A DNA stretch of 63,081 nt, the filler included, from Hyphochytrium catenoides (taxonomy: Eukaryota > Protista > Hyphochytriomycota), in assembly GCA_900088475.1 (NCBI GenBank). It is 6 parts of 6 records of this genome, joined end to end, with 100 filler letters (N's around TTAATTAATTAA, not from the genome) between each part and the next. Parts side by side here need not be neighbours in the genome. Positions count along the whole stretch, not along the records: positions 56,255 to 63,081 come from FLMG01000780.1; 5 more parts are not named here. The stretch is one strand, 5' to 3'. Shown here piece after piece: positions 62,876-63,081 of the stretch. The notes beneath the pieces were generated by a model, which was not told where the DNA came from, ran no database searches, and worked only from the letters and a program-made list of their open reading frames with translations. Position numbers and translations under genes: made by a program. How positions within the stretch are numbered: the stretch's first letter is position 1; the number at the start of each line of letters is the position of its first letter.

Positions 62876-63081
62876 TTCTGCGATCGGTCCTGGCTGTCTC
62901 TCTCGCTGACTCTTCTCCTGGTTTGTCTCTTGCTTCTCTCCTCATTCATCATTCATCACTGTTCTCTCTCCTTGAAGCTTAGCCATTACCCTGGGAGCTC
63001 AAAAGGAAAGAGGTGTCCGCGCCTCGAGCCAGCATCTGGTTACGGAAGGGAAGTCAGTGAAAGGGATACCGGCGGAAGAAA

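Noticed and set aside
56300-63081. Long Ser/Leu- or Arg/Glu-rich ORFs (up to 379 aa)
   Set aside because: Translations of stop-free (CT)n/(AG)n intron sequence; only the embedded M28 exons are real.

Overview
This is eukaryotic nuclear DNA, most likely a flagellated stramenopile. The evidence is an RNA Pol II CTD built from YSPTSPA heptads, a DNAAF4 gene, a WRKY19-type Cys/His finger and an RGG-tailed Argonaute. The window is not one locus: five artificial 100-bp spacers (N44-TTAATTAATTAA-N44) join six pieces (1-13604, 13705-29642, 29743-38934, 39035-51921, 52022-56154, 56255-63081). Genes I could reconstruct with GT-AG introns are a purple acid phosphatase, CASP golgin, DNAAF4, a membrane-anchored split-BAG protein, a PDZ-RGS-like-DENN protein, TOP3B, a saposin-B protein, a DEDH Argonaute, a GH15 hydrolase and the 5' part of an ERMP1-like M28 peptidase. 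Single-exon or partial ORFs are a Zn-finger protein, the RPB1 C-terminus, a dehydrin-like ORF and a fungal-type Hsp12/Hsp9-like ORF. Non-genic features are abundant strand-biased (CT)n microsatellite, two diverged inverted copies of a Helitron-like element, decayed pogo-like and hAT-like transposases, and a 75-bp minisatellite. The most interesting piece is 39035-51921. It carries a ~440-bp fold-back (candidate hairpin/small-RNA locus) about 3 kb upstream of Argonaute, and two desiccation-type hydrophilin genes of plant-like and fungal-like character downstream. All alignments were made by eye and no searches were run. Most entries in the ORF track are microsatellite or antisense artefacts.
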